From Trichoplax sp. H2 (Eukaryota): a DNA stretch of 64,000 nt. The translations under genes were made by a program, and so were the position numbers. Under the pieces are notes generated by a model. It was given only the letters and a program-made list of their open reading frames with translations. It had not been told where the DNA came from and searched no databases. Numbering within the stretch: position 1 is the first letter of the stretch; each line of letters starts with the position of its first letter. Positions 25,841 through 39,615 of the stretch are shown here, piece by piece. The stretch is from positions 434,001 through 498,000 of the forward strand of contig NOWV01000017.1 in the NCBI GenBank assembly GCA_003344405.1. The letters run 5' to 3'.

Positions 25841-28800
25841 CTACATAGCTAAAATAGTTAGGAAAAGAGTAAAGATAAAAGCGACAAAGTTGAATGTGGT
25901 TCCAACGGTGCCTGGTTGTATATAAAAATAATAAAATAGAATTAGAACAATAATTTAGACAATTTCTTCATTTTAAACTGTACTTTCTGCTTATGGGGAT
26001 TGTCTTTAAGAAAATATTAACACATTTCAAAGTTATGCTTGACTGAAGTTAAATCCTATCTTATACCTGAAGTCGTAGTAGAGGTGGCCTTTGTTGTAGC
26101 TTGTGTTGGTTGTGTAACTGTGCCTGCAGCTACGGTATTATCGCCAGCAGCTTGGCCTAATGCGGTTAACTGCGGTCCACTAAGCTGAGAGCGTTGTTGC
26201 GCTGTAACAGCCAAAGCTTGGCTACTATCCATGCCTTGAATTTGGCCTGAAGTAAAAGCCTAAACGGTACATTATGGCCAAAAGTTTAGCTTAGCAGTTG
26301 TAGTAGAATCATGCAAGAAGTTAAAAGAAAGTTTATAACCAGGTGATATTTATATAAGCTTTGCATTATATAAAGTAGCCATAAATTATAAGAAAAAAGC
26401 GCAGTGAATTCATCTACATAAAATTAAGTTCTATGGATTATACATGAAGTTTAAAGAAAGCTCATAACAAGGCGTTGTTACATAAGCTTTGCATTATATA
26501 TAGACTAGTCATAAATTATACGAATAAAGCGTGATGAAATTTCTCTTCTATAAAATTGCAGTTTTGTAGATTATGCATGAAGTTGAAAGAAAGCTTATAG
26601 CCAGGCGTTATTATCTAAGCAATGTACCACATAGACTGGTTATAAATTACAGGAATATACCCTAGTGAATTTCATTTACCATAAAATTATAGCTCCATGG
26701 ACTTTGCATGAAGTTGAAAGAAAGCTGATAAGCAAGCGTTATTATGTAAGCTATGTATAGTGCAGACTAGTCACGAATTATAGGAATAAGGTGTACTGAA
26801 AATCATCAATCATAAAAGCTCCATGGACTACGCACGGATCAAACTAGCAAGAAATTGCTGTGGCTGTATTCTATCCTACAGCCTTGTCATCATTTAAAGG
26901 ATTTATAATTTAAGTTATTACTATAAATGTAAAGAAAGATCTTCATAGAATAACAACTTACAGCTAATTTGGCAGATGGAAATTGTGGAATAACCATAGT
27001 CTTGATAGCTTCGATGCTACTATGGCTTAATGACTGCAATTCTGCATTAGAACAGCCAGCTATGTTTGGAAGAAATAGTAAGCCAAGGTCAATAAGTTGA
27101 AAATGACGAGTAGATGGTAGAGATACTCAATATGAAACGATAATTAATTCTAATTCAAGACAATCATAGCCATCATACCGAGAGCAATACCAGCATCGCG
27201 TACTTGTGCTTGGCTCCATTGCGAGACGACACTGCTGTAAGATGCTTTAGCTTTTTCACACAATTTGCTTAATTGATCTAAAGCAAATTGTTGCACTTCA
27301 CCAAGTACTCTAGCACTAGCTCTGTATAAAACAATATGAATGAGATCTTGTTGTATCTGGTTCTCCAATAGGACATCTAATACTAGGTTGGAAAAATTAA
27401 AATTGATGATACATGGGGTCAGAGTAGCTTACGCGTAAGCATCGTTATTAATTTGTTGGATGTCAGTTGCTGACAAGCCTCGTGTTAGATTAGCTAAAGC
27501 AGTAAACATTTCGTCGGTCCAGCCAGAGATAGCAGCTGAGGTATGATCTTGTTGGAATTGTTTAATTAATTCGGCCAGCTAATATATATTTACATATGTA
27601 GATAGATAGATAGATAGATAGGGATACATAAAGGTTAAAGTATTAATTACTTATTAGAATTAGCAGCTGTGGATATGAGAATAGATGCAAGAAATAGACT
27701 GTACCTGAGCTGCAGAATAATTTGCATATTGGCCCAAAGGTGTTACAGCATCCAACGAAGTTAAGTTAAATTTGGCAATATCACTTACCATAAATCCAGT
27801 ATTAATAATTCCTAATGATAGAAATTGATTTGGCTGGAATGTTGATGGATCACCCCATATCTAAAAAAAGTGAAAATATATGATAATAAATAATTAAGTA
27901 TATACGAAAATGGAGGCAAAGGAGAGAACCAAGCTATGAGTTAACTAAAAATATCATATAATTATATACAAGTAGTTTTACTTTTCATAGATTCTATATC
28001 GATTATCGATTATTGAAGTTATTTGATTACATTCATGAAATAATTTAATCATAACAGAGGAAGGCATAACTAACTTGCTTTGCTTTATTAACGAGAGCTA
28101 AAATTTGATTATGAGATAACTGTGATACGCCAAGGGTATCGATCGAATTTTGGAAATCTTCAGCAGTCATGTTATTAATATCCGCAACCGATAAGCCATT
28201 AGACAGATGATTCATAGAATTGACTTCTGAAGCTGTGATAGCGGATGCTGTCGAAATAAAAGTATGGAACAATTATTACCTTTTAGCTCAATCATTAATA
28301 TTACTATAAATAAAGAGGATTGATGATTAGGAATATTTAAAACATTCTTACTAGCACGTCTACGACGAGATGATGTAGCCGCATTATTAAGAGATTGCTT
28401 ATATAATGCTACAATTTCACGCGCTTGATCAGCTGTAAATGATTGATTTCCAATGGAATCAATGGCCCCAACAATTTGACTCTGCAAATAGCGTAGTAAA
28501 TTTATTTTAATTTACTAATCAGTGTTACAAGACTTGGATATGATATTGCTTTAGCATTACCCCGTTCAGTTTTCTTAATTGACTAGCTAGGAAACCTTTC
28601 AAGCAGGGGCCAAGATTTCTCAAATCAGTCGAGGTAAATTTGGCAATCGCGTCGTCATTATCGACATTACTGAAATCAAGAAAGGGCAGAAACTTAGATC
28701 ATGAATCACATCATTGTTACTATTTTCTTCACAGTATTTGAACAGACTTACTATAATTTTAATCGAGCAGCATTAGCAATCGCTTTGCGAATCTTCGATC

Positions 28801-31800
28801 TCATACATGGTAGATGGCATATTTTATATAAAGCATTTGAAAATGCAGTTTTGGAAATGGTGTTCACTTCTTGAGCTTCCATTCCGCATACTAGACTACC
28901 CAAATCTTCGATGTCATCATCTTCCAATGTAGCACCGTTGACTTTATTCTAAGTGATGATGAGGAAATAGTATGGTTGTAGCTAAATTGAATCTAAATTA
29001 GTCCATTGCTGAACTATTTAACTTAACGATTCGTATATCACTTTCGACTAAATATGAAGTATATGGTATAATATGCAATCCTACCTTGCAGACTAATGCA
29101 GCCAACAAAAGTTTTCTTATAGGTCCATGTGCCATACCTCTGAATTTGCCAACTTTACCCAGCGCTCTAACAGCATCGACACAATATTCTTTGGAGATAT
29201 TGCCAAGTTCTTCATGACTAACGTTAAAAATGATTGATAATAAACGTGGTTGTCAGTATTACTTTATCGATAGAAGTTACCGTTGATGTCAATGTTCGGA
29301 ATATATTGAATTAAATTGACGAAGAATTAATCATCAGTTACGATTTAACTCAGTCAAGACAGTTGCTAATGAAGATACTTGCATGCAATGGTGGTACTAA
29401 TTTAGGCAATCAAAAATGAAAGGCGCTAATACTTGTGCCAAGATATCGAAAATAAAAACGGAAAAGGTGCTATTTCGCAGTAGATGACTTTACAACAAAC
29501 TATTAAGGTTAGATTATCTGGCAGATTTAGTAGACAGAGATATTGAAAAGTAAGTAGCAATATTTACAAGAACCCTAAAAGACCTTTTTATTAGTACAAA
29601 GGAATTTTGAAAGTTAAAACTACCTTACCTAATTTGAGATATAAACTGTCCAATAGCAGCAATATCAATATCGTTGATTTGCGAGAAGTTGCGAGTAGAA
29701 GTAATTCCTAAACATGACTTATACTTCATAAAGATTTCTTTGGCCTAGATAGAACATGTGAGTTATTTTTTATTTCATAAATTTGTCAATCTTAAGATAT
29801 TTATCAGTTATCGTACATAGCTACTGATTGTAGATTACCTGTCCAGTACTCCAGCCATCAGTATTTTTGAGTTCATTAACGACTTCGATGCATCCATCTA
29901 AGGATAAATTGCGAAGTTCTTGGCGGGTCATACCAAGAGCTAAATTACCAATTTTTCTATTATAAAATGGATTAAGTAGCTTTTAGCTTGCAAAACAACT
30001 TAGTGACGGTTAAATATGATTTATATATATTATTATCAAAATGAAGCGATAGACAGGAGCTAAATTACTAATTTTTCTACTGTATGAGTAAAGTGAATTA
30101 ATAAAATAACTGTAACTTGCGAAATTAGTTAGTAACGGTTAAATATGACATATATATTATCATCAAAATGAAGCGATAAACAAGAGCTAAATTACCAATT
30201 TTTCTACTATAAAGTGAATTAATAAAATAACTATAGCTTGCAAAATAAGTTAGTAACGATTAAATATGATTTATTATCAGAATGAGCAGATAGATGATGA
30301 AAGTTTGAGAATTTCGCACCTAATCGTTGCAAAATTATAGTTGTCCTGTTGGGCATTGCCTACGGCCCCAAGTTTCTTAATAACTGCTTTGCGGAATAGT
30401 TGCATAGCCTATTTGAATTTATGAGAATTGGATAGTATTAAATATAATCCAGGGATTATTACAACTAGCAGTATTAATGACCTACGGAAGGATATAATCG
30501 TCTCCCTTGTTATAATAGACATCGCAAGATTTGATTTAATTTCTAGTGTTTGCATACGTATATCAAGCGACGTGAGATGCAATTTAAATTTATGCTCACA
30601 TTTCAATATCAAAATCCCTTTTAAAGTTTAGTTATAATTTCATCATACCTGTATACTGACTATTGCTATATTTACGCTTATAGAAATAGTGTAAACTAAA
30701 CTGCAGCTTGATAGTAAAGCACTGTTTATATTGTGTTATTATACTGTATACAGTATAAAATAGGTTTACAGTACGTATATCAACAGCACAGATACGGTTA
30801 GTATACAACTAAAGATCGATCATTAATTATAATTGACGTTCTACACATCGATTTATTCCAGTCAGAGCTACAAACTTGGGTGTAGTTATTTTTTCGATAA
30901 AAATTTAGAATAAAATATTAGGACATACGATATCTAAATGTGCAATCATGATTCCTATTTCAGTACCTGAGCACGTGTGAATGGCAATCGGATGCTGTCA
31001 TCGTCCAGGTCTGCAACAGTTAAATCATCGTATGTAATATTATTTAAGTCTTTCATACGAATAGCACGGACCAAATTACCAAGATTTCTAATGTTTGCGC
31101 GGATATTGCTAAGAGACAACTGTAAAATAGAGGAAAGGTAGGTTAAATTCTGTATTATTACTTTAATCGGATTATACACTCGTCAAGGAATACTAAAATT
31201 TATGCTTATATTGTTGCTTAGATATTTACATTTATAATATTAACGTATTATAAAGTTTTCAAACTATCGATTAATTTAGATATTATTATACGCAAAAATG
31301 CTTGAATGTAATATGTTATTTACATCTTAAAAATTATTTTACTGTTTCTAACATTCAATGACCGGAAATAACTAACGCTGTATAGGATTCTTAATTGTTA
31401 ATCTATTTAAATATAACATATAGATATTTTACTTTAATTATCAAATAATTTTTGGAATACATATAAGGATAAACTAGGCATTATCTGGTGTATTATAACA
31501 AAATCATGCTTCGTTTCGTTTATACATTCCAGAAGGAAAATCATGTACAATTTAACTTATAATTAGATTACTTTTTTAAGAATTCTCTTGCGTTGAACGC
31601 GCGACCAAGCTGCTAATTTTAGTTGACTAAGTCCACCAAGAATTGCTGTTCCATTTAGCTGTTGTAGTTCTTCTCCTTTCAAGCCTCTGATAAGATTTCC
31701 AAGCATTTTAATTTGATCCTTAGACCATGTCTTAATCTAGATATTAAGAAGTGAAAAGAAAAGGTCGTCGTTATTTTTGACTTGGATAACCTATTTTCCT

Positions 31801-34800
31801 ATAGATATAGATTAATCCTAAAGCAAATTTTATGGTAAATTATCATTCAAAGTAATAGAAAAAAAGAATTAATAGCGATATAAACATCAATTTTATAATA
31901 AAATCTTCTAATTATGGAGAGCTCTACACATGATTCTTGTCAACAAAGGCCTAAGGATATCATCAAGATCTCTTGCAATGTTAGTTACCAAATATTTTAT
32001 AGCGACATAGACATTGATTTCTTAATTTAATCCTTCATTCATGATATTAATTTCTATATGTTGATTCGTGTCAAAAATCTAAGGATTTATCGATATCTCT
32101 CAAATTATCATTTTATAGCCATGAGACAGAAAGGATTTAATAGCGATAGAGATATTAATTCCTTATTTGAATCATTCCTTCACGATACCAATTTCTACTC
32201 GCTCATATTATAATAAAACTCAAAAATATCAATAATTTTTCACGGAGAAATTAAATAAACAAGCAATATCATAGCTTTTGTTCATTTTCCATTAAAAAAT
32301 AGTAGGAATAACTGCGGCAGAATATTGAATTTAATGTACGTAGGACTGCCGATTTATGGATATTGAACTTCTATCTATACATTTGTGCGTTCTTACCGCT
32401 CCCCATTCACTCCTTTTAGCGGCAATAATTTTCTTAACCAGTAAACGAGCCTAAAATGGTCAAATCGATAATAATTTTTAGTTAATACAATCCACAGAAT
32501 TTTTGAATCAATTCTATGCCTTCTTTACACACTATATTAGACTTTGAGAATGAATGTACCTTGGCACGATCCAAGCGAATATTTTTTATGGTGCTTAAAG
32601 CATTAGCTAACTGCGTTCCATTAAGCTGATCCAATTCTTTACGACCAAAAGCTTCCAATAAGTGGGAGGCATTTTTAAGTTGATCTGCAGTCCAAGTTTT
32701 AACTTGACCCCAATTTTTTCGTAATCTTTTAACGATAGCGATACGCTATTGGCAGAAAAAAATAAAATAAATTCAATTTCGTATCAATTCTTATCAAAGT
32801 AATCATCGTAAAATTTTTCTACTCAACTGAGGCACAAAATACGATAAATAGTAAAAACTGGTACCTGACCATTAGGCAATGTAGATTCACCAAATTCTTT
32901 TATAGAACCTAAGAAAGTATCAGCGGATAGAAATACCATCGATTCTGCCGGGAGGAAAGTTCTTAAATTCTTGATACTATAACGAATCAAGTTGAGAGTA
33001 AATTTTTTTACTTGTAGTTTAATCTTAAAAATTGATAGAATACTAGTTTAGAGAAGTATTATGAAGCAATATCAATTCAAAAATGAATTACATTGATTCA
33101 TATAGAACATAATATATATCGTTATGTTCTAGGATGTAATATTTGAACCGGTACTCATTTTTATTTTATATTTTAGAAATATTTTTAGAGTCTGATCAAC
33201 TATGCGTAAATTCCATGCTATGAAATGGTTAGTATTCTTATTGATTTTTACCTAATTCTATGCATTTATAATTTGATAGAATGAATTAATATTATTAAAG
33301 ACTAACCTTCGCAATTGCTGCTTTGTCCACTGTCGGATAGGTCCCCAAGCTCGGTATAAGACATGTAAAACTGCATGAGCACGATGTCGATCCCATTGGT
33401 TATCGGCAATATTCTGGATAGCAGCTGCCAACTAATATTATCCAATTCGTCATCATTAGCTCATATGATTTTCCTTATTTTAAAATGTATTACCATCCTC
33501 TTATTTTTATGATAGACTAAGAATTGATTATGATGTACAGGAAATTACGCCATGTACAGTATATGATTAAACAGTTCGGTGGATTATAATGTTATATTCT
33601 CTCAGGATATTACGCTGAATTTAATATTGGTTTGCACTCTGTCTTGATTTTTTTGATACAAAGCAACTACGGTAGTGCTTACATACTGGATAAGAACTTA
33701 TTTTATTAGAGATTCAACTGTACCACGATAAATTAAACTAGTTGGTTAGATATCGATAAAAATCCAAGAATAGCCAAGAAAAACTTACGGCGGATGCTTG
33801 CAGTTTCTTGATGTCATGAGCTCTTAGAAGAATAAATAAACGACGAAGTCGACGTATTTGTATCGCTGTCCAGGTACTTAATTTACCCCATACTCTCTGA
33901 AGTGATAGTAAGATAGCACGACGTTGGTTTTCGCTAAATCGGTTTATTAAATAATTATAGTGGGCTAATCTATAAGTTAAATTGCAATAAACGAAGAGAT
34001 TAAACATTAAATCGCTTTATGACTTTAAGATCATAGCTTATGGTACAGTCTATTTTACAAAGATTTTGGATAAACATAACATTTGATTACTTACGTCTTA
34101 TTAAAGATATCTGTTGTAAATCGTTTAATATCTCGCGGAGAAAACCCAAATAACATGCCATTAATCATGTTGACTTGAGCTAATGTCCATTTAGCGACAT
34201 CATTGCCATAGCGGCGTTTCATGGCATCAATGACGGCAGTAGCTTGCTCACGAGTTAATCGTTTACTATGATTCTACAAAGAAATGGGTAAATGTTGGGT
34301 ACAATTTTAATTGATGCTGTCAGTAAATAAATATGACCCAAAGTATCTAGCTAATATTAGTAGTAGGATATAGAGTAATTTAAATTGAATAACTAAAACT
34401 AAGTATGATAACTACTATCTATGGTCTTATTAGATTTATTTATTGGTAAATTTAAAAATATTATTTCGTAATTCAAAGGAACTAATTTGGTTAAGGTGAT
34501 TTATTATGAAGGTTGATCATAGTAGCAGTTGATTGTTATAGGTAAATGTCTTACTATAATGTCGAATAGTAATAAATTATTAGCCTCTTCGTTGAAATAG
34601 AAAACTGTCTGATTTTGGTCAGAATTTTTATACCTGCTTCAATTATGCAGTGACAAATTATAATTTATTATGACCTATAATCCAGAAAATGTAATAGTTT
34701 CTGTTGGATCCTTTACTATTTTTGATCAAATAGTTTAAATCTAAAAATTTTATGGCTTCGACGATTTAGTAGCTGAAAGCTCACCATAAATTACAAGTGA

Positions 34801-37490
34801 CAAATATATAAATGATAATCGGGTATCTTGTGCTCTTTTAACTATTACGGGCTAATAACAATAATTAATTAACGATTATCGCTAGGCGTTTTTATCTTCT
34901 ATTTATTCGCTGATAAACGAACTAATTACATAATTGACAATTCAGTTTATAGTTAGGCTAAGGAATTAAGCAATCAGATTTTTCCACCTAAACTATCTAG
35001 GAGATAACTCTGAAACGCATTTATTATGAATCATTAGTTTGAAAATTCAGTCATGGAAAGCCATTGCTTAATTTCTCATTGTAAGTAATTGAAATTATTA
35101 GCTTTACTTACATTTAATTCTCTGATTGCAAACTCAAATGTTGATGTGTTTAGAGATGCTAATACGCGAACTAGAGTTCGACTTTGCGAGTTAAGCATTT
35201 TATAGATGATAAATCGCAGTTGGACTTCATTGAGCTCGCGGATAACTTTGGCCTAGACGTAGACAAAAAAATAGAAAGAGTTATTCAATTCTGTAAGCAT
35301 TGGATAATGATTCTATAGTAATTCTTATTTGATCCTCTAATGCTCGCTTAGCTAGGTTAGAATATATCAAATATTGTAAGCTAGTATCCATACAACAAGG
35401 TGAATAGAATTGCAAGCCGAAATAATTGGGGCTGTTAATCAACTATAGAAAGGTAATCAATACTTGAAATAGGGTACTAGGTTACTAGTTGTAAGGGGAT
35501 AAATTATAAAGGATAAAATGGTAACAAAGCTTAGTCTACGCTTGATAATAATTGATACTAAGCAAGGATGGCTTAATTTTTGAACGGATTGATATAAGTT
35601 ATTGAAGTCAATTTTCTTACTGGGATAACATTAAAAAGTTCTGGTGGGATCTTATCAAGCTCCTGAGTTGTTATATTCTTAATAAATGTAGAATTTTGAA
35701 GTTTCCTTTTGATATCAGCTGGCAATTTCTGAAGGTATGCCAAAAGACGCCTAAAAATGAAGAATTATTCATTATCAATTTTATTCCGATGAAATTTCAA
35801 TTTTATCGTTAAAATAACCAACTTGTATGATGCTAGTATTGCTTGGTTGTTGGTTAGATTACGATTTCCAAATAGGTCTGACGATAAATCATTCCAGTTG
35901 AAACCATTTAAATCACTTGGAAGGTTAGGCAGGGTAAAATTTTTATCACGAGCGGCTGAAAAGATCAAATATCGAAAGATAAGAAGGAATGCTATCTTGA
36001 TCATCTTAATTTTGTATTATTTAATAAACTGCTAAAAAATTAACTGTCAACAGATGAGAAGGAGTGCCATCTAGATCATCATAATTTACCGTCATTATGT
36101 AATAAACTGCTAAAACATTGAATGTCGACAGATGAGAAGGAGTATTAGCCTGATGATCCTAATTTAGCATGATTAGTTATTTGAAATAAACTGCTAAAAT
36201 ATCAAATGTTGACAGATGAGGAGTGCTGATCATCCTAATTTAGCATAATTATTTAATAAGCAGCTAAAATATCAAAAGTCGACAGATGGAATATCGGCAT
36301 AGTCATAGTCTCAACGGAAGATGTCGTTTAATGAAATACTAAAGTGATCATTTATCGAAAAGACAAGAAGTAGAACCGAAATGATCACTGTTTTAACTTA
36401 ATATAACCATTTAATTAACTATAAGCTACGATGATATTGATGATTAACATAACCAGTCTTACAAAACATAATTGAAATATTGCTGTATAATACTGCATGA
36501 TTAATTACTATCGGTTTCTGGTAAAAAAAGTTTAATCATTCTTGCTATTTCCGCAATGCCACAGTAAATTAGTAGTATAGTGTTTGTAATGTATTTCACT
36601 GTTATACTAGTTGCAGTGTATCTAGACTTCACTGTAGTCTTAAGCATATTTTTTAATATAGACATTTTGTATTATACCAAATATAGATAGCTTTACAGTC
36701 TATTTCTGCTATACTTAAATATAGCTTGTTGTGTTTAGTTATTTATAGCACCTACACTTTTCGCTGTTTTCTACAATTATTTGCTATTACTCTGTCTCTT
36801 TATGGTAGATATCATAACGAATACTGTAATCCTGTTCTCTGCATATGTTCTATCTCTTACTCTATGAATATTGATGATTTCTGACTCAGATTTATCAGTT
36901 ACACTAGTTGCAGTAGTAGTACTTCTTCACGTTACTTCACAACAGCTTACGCGCTTGATCTACCGTAATTACCGCATTGTACATCCGTTACTATCTACAA
37001 TAAAGTATCCAATTTTGTTAAAACCCCTTGCATAATTTCTGTTAATGGCTACTAAGTTCGCAGTCGCTGACTCTTCGAATCCTCCATCACAGTGTTTAGT
37101 GGTCCTAATAAATTCTATTACTGTAGATCTCTTAAAGTAGAAATTTATCCGTACCGTAACTCTCAAATAAGTGTCACATGCACGTATTTCCTATAAACTA
37201 ATTTTAGCAACATCCAAATCTGATTTTTACGTCTACATAATGGAACTCACTAACTGTCATTAGAAATACCATCACTATGTATTTTGCGGTAAATTGCATA
37301 ATAGGTAGGCTCTAATATCTTACCAACTAATATTTATCGAGCAGAACTAATCTAACCTACGAATAAAATACTAAACTACTGAATTATTAGAGTTATCTCT
37401 GTAAAAATTGTCTTGGCAATATGTATTTTATTCTAAAAATTAATAGCTTACTGCACTGTACAGTACATGAAAAGCTATATAAATCGCCAT
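25841..37490 (-). CDS. Otoancorin/stereocilin/mesothelin-family GPI-anchored repeat protein, about 27 exons and roughly 1,150-1,200 aa (5' end tentative)
   Basis: Repeated ~55-60 aa units (Q...i...lk..wG....WT..qi..Lg.l..gl...di..l). The C-terminal DAGIALAG...IPQFPSAKLAAFTSGQIQGMDSSQALAVTAQQRSQLSGPQ resembles the stereocilin C-terminus, followed by a Thr/Ser stalk and hydrophobic tail SGTVGTTFNFVAFIFTLFLTILAM*. A tentative signal peptide MAIYIAFHVLYSA|IVTDVQC comes from small exons at 37490-37452 and ~36993-36972. Confidence 0.85.
26310..26830. repeat. Intronic degenerate tandem repeat, ~130-bp unit x4
   Basis: catgaagtt(g/t)aaagaaagct...aagc...ataaatta recurs at ~26314, 26443, 26576 and 26707. 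Confidence 0.85.
27598..27621. repeat. (GATA)n microsatellite
   Basis: About five tandem GATA units within an intron. Confidence 0.8.
29934..30290. repeat. ~125-bp tandem repeat x3 overlapping an exon boundary
   Basis: gagctaaattac(c/t)aatttttcta...g(t/c)aacg(g/a)ttaaatatga-type unit at ~29937, 30057 and 30185. Confidence 0.85.
36022..36290. repeat. Intronic ~70-85-bp tandem repeat x4
   Basis: taa(a/g)c(t/a)gctaaaa...gt(c/t)(a/g)acagatg recurs at ~36024, 36101, 36185 and 36256. Confidence 0.8.
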
Positions 37491-39615
37491 TGTAAAAGCT
37501 TTAAACTCTATTTTATCATGTGAAAATTATTTTCGGTAGCTTTTTACTTATAATATCTCAAGTGTCTATACAAGATTATAAATGTTACTTTTCACACATT
37601 TTTAATTGATATCATATTGATAATTTCAAATTTAGATCTGTCTTTAAAATTTGTTGAAATATCATGATACAGCCGGCATCTAATCAAATTGAATTTACAG
37701 GCTATCCATTGTATACGTCAAAGGCAATTACAGCCTCTGCTAGTGATAACGAAAGTTTTTACAAGTACGGTATAAGGATTTTTTAGACGTGATGATATTT
37801 TTAATACGATATCTCTTCTCCGTTTGAGTATATATCTAGAGCCAATTTAATGTGTACTGTAGACTGGCTATTATAAATTTTATCGGCAATTGTAAATGAA
37901 ACAGATTTCAACTAGAATATAAATCACGATAAGAAAGTTATCCTCGACAGACGATCGCTATTAATACAAGCATCTCACTCATATTTGATTTCGATGTCAA
38001 TAAGATTTTGAGGATTATTGACTACAAGTCCCGTATTGATATCATATTTATACTGGAATGCATGTGTTTGGTTAAAAGGGTTCGTAGACGTATTACATGA
38101 TAAATTTTACTAGGAAAGAATTAATTCAATCCATAGATTATGGCGGCTTGCACTACCAATTGTAATCTTAACTAATTACAGCCCTGAATTGTTATATGGG
38201 GTTATTACATCGATAAATTTTTACTATTAACTATCTTATTTCTATTTAACTTTTATTAAGTCAACCCGTGAAATTTCGTCGAAATAGTACATCGCAGTTT
38301 ACCTAGCAATCATAAGCTTAATATATAGACAATCTGTTACTGCTTTCATACCTTCATTAAAGCTGGCGACTGGTTTTGATAGAGTTAACCCATGTTCCAA
38401 AAGGTTAAGGTTCAAGGTTAATGAAATATAGGGTAAAAATAGTACTTTAGTATAAGACAGTAGCCTATTTTACGTGATACATTAATATTATCATAATATT
38501 GTTATGTATTTAATTAACAGCAAGATATCATAAGCAAAATTAAAAATAAAATTTTAGAAGATTTTATATTTGAAAGCATAACTTCATCATTATTTTTATG
38601 AAATCTTGTTAGATATAAAACTATGATGTTGTGTTATATCAATCACAATACTAAGTCCGGTGCAATTATAGTAATGACTAATCTTGCATACCCATCGTTT
38701 AATCGATAATAAAATGATATTAGGGTAATTATAATAAATAATATTAAGCATGACTTATTGCAATGAGTAGCAATATTAAGATATTTTAAAAGCTTAATAA
38801 CCTTGAATCCAATAAAAATACTAAATTCTATTATAAATTAATGATCTAGGAACCGAAAATAATTCATTTTCTCAGTACGTGTAAAATCTATTTACCCTCA
38901 ATTATCATCAAAATATGCCGGCTATTGCCGGTATAACGTAATGAAGTCTGGAAATAAAACACTCAGTAATAATAGACTAAAGATCTATAGGATTGGTGGC
39001 AACAAAATTTTAACATTTTATTCTGCTAATCATTAAACTGGAATTGCTGATTGTGAATCAAATACTATATACGAGAATAAAGTGTAGTTACGCAATAATG
39101 TTACTTTACAAAGCTGTAACTTATCCGGTGTCTCGAGTCCAAAATTGTTATAGGGGAAAAATACTTTTAATTTAATGTGATACTTATTTTGTCAACAGTG
39201 TCATAGTCTATACGCCGAAGGTACCGGCTTTAGTCATCACTTGCCATGATCTGATGTTATTACACTCGTCTACGTGTACTAGGAAGCAAGACGGAATTCA
39301 GTAAACACTTTACGTAGCTAGGGTAAATAAGACATAGTTTTAGCCATCCGGCTACTAATCTGCACTTTATGCGATATTTCTGAGCTAAAATATAAATATA
39401 TCCTGTAATAAGATGCCTATGACTTAAAAGGCATGCTAGAATAATCGCTATTTTTGCCATGAGAGATTAATACTAAGCAAATTACGACTAATAAAATGGA
39501 TGAGAACATACGGTTCTGATCCTTTATTTTCAGAGCAATTCGTTAATGCTAGCCAGATAAAGTATACCGTAAATGTACCAGATCACATGCCTTTATCGAA
39601 GTGATAACTCGTCAG

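Noticed and set aside
39260-39460. MAKIAIILACLL as the signal peptide of the otoancorin-like gene
   Set aside because: No convincing donor site, and the 37490 and ~36990 exons give a phase-consistent alternative. Not fully excluded.
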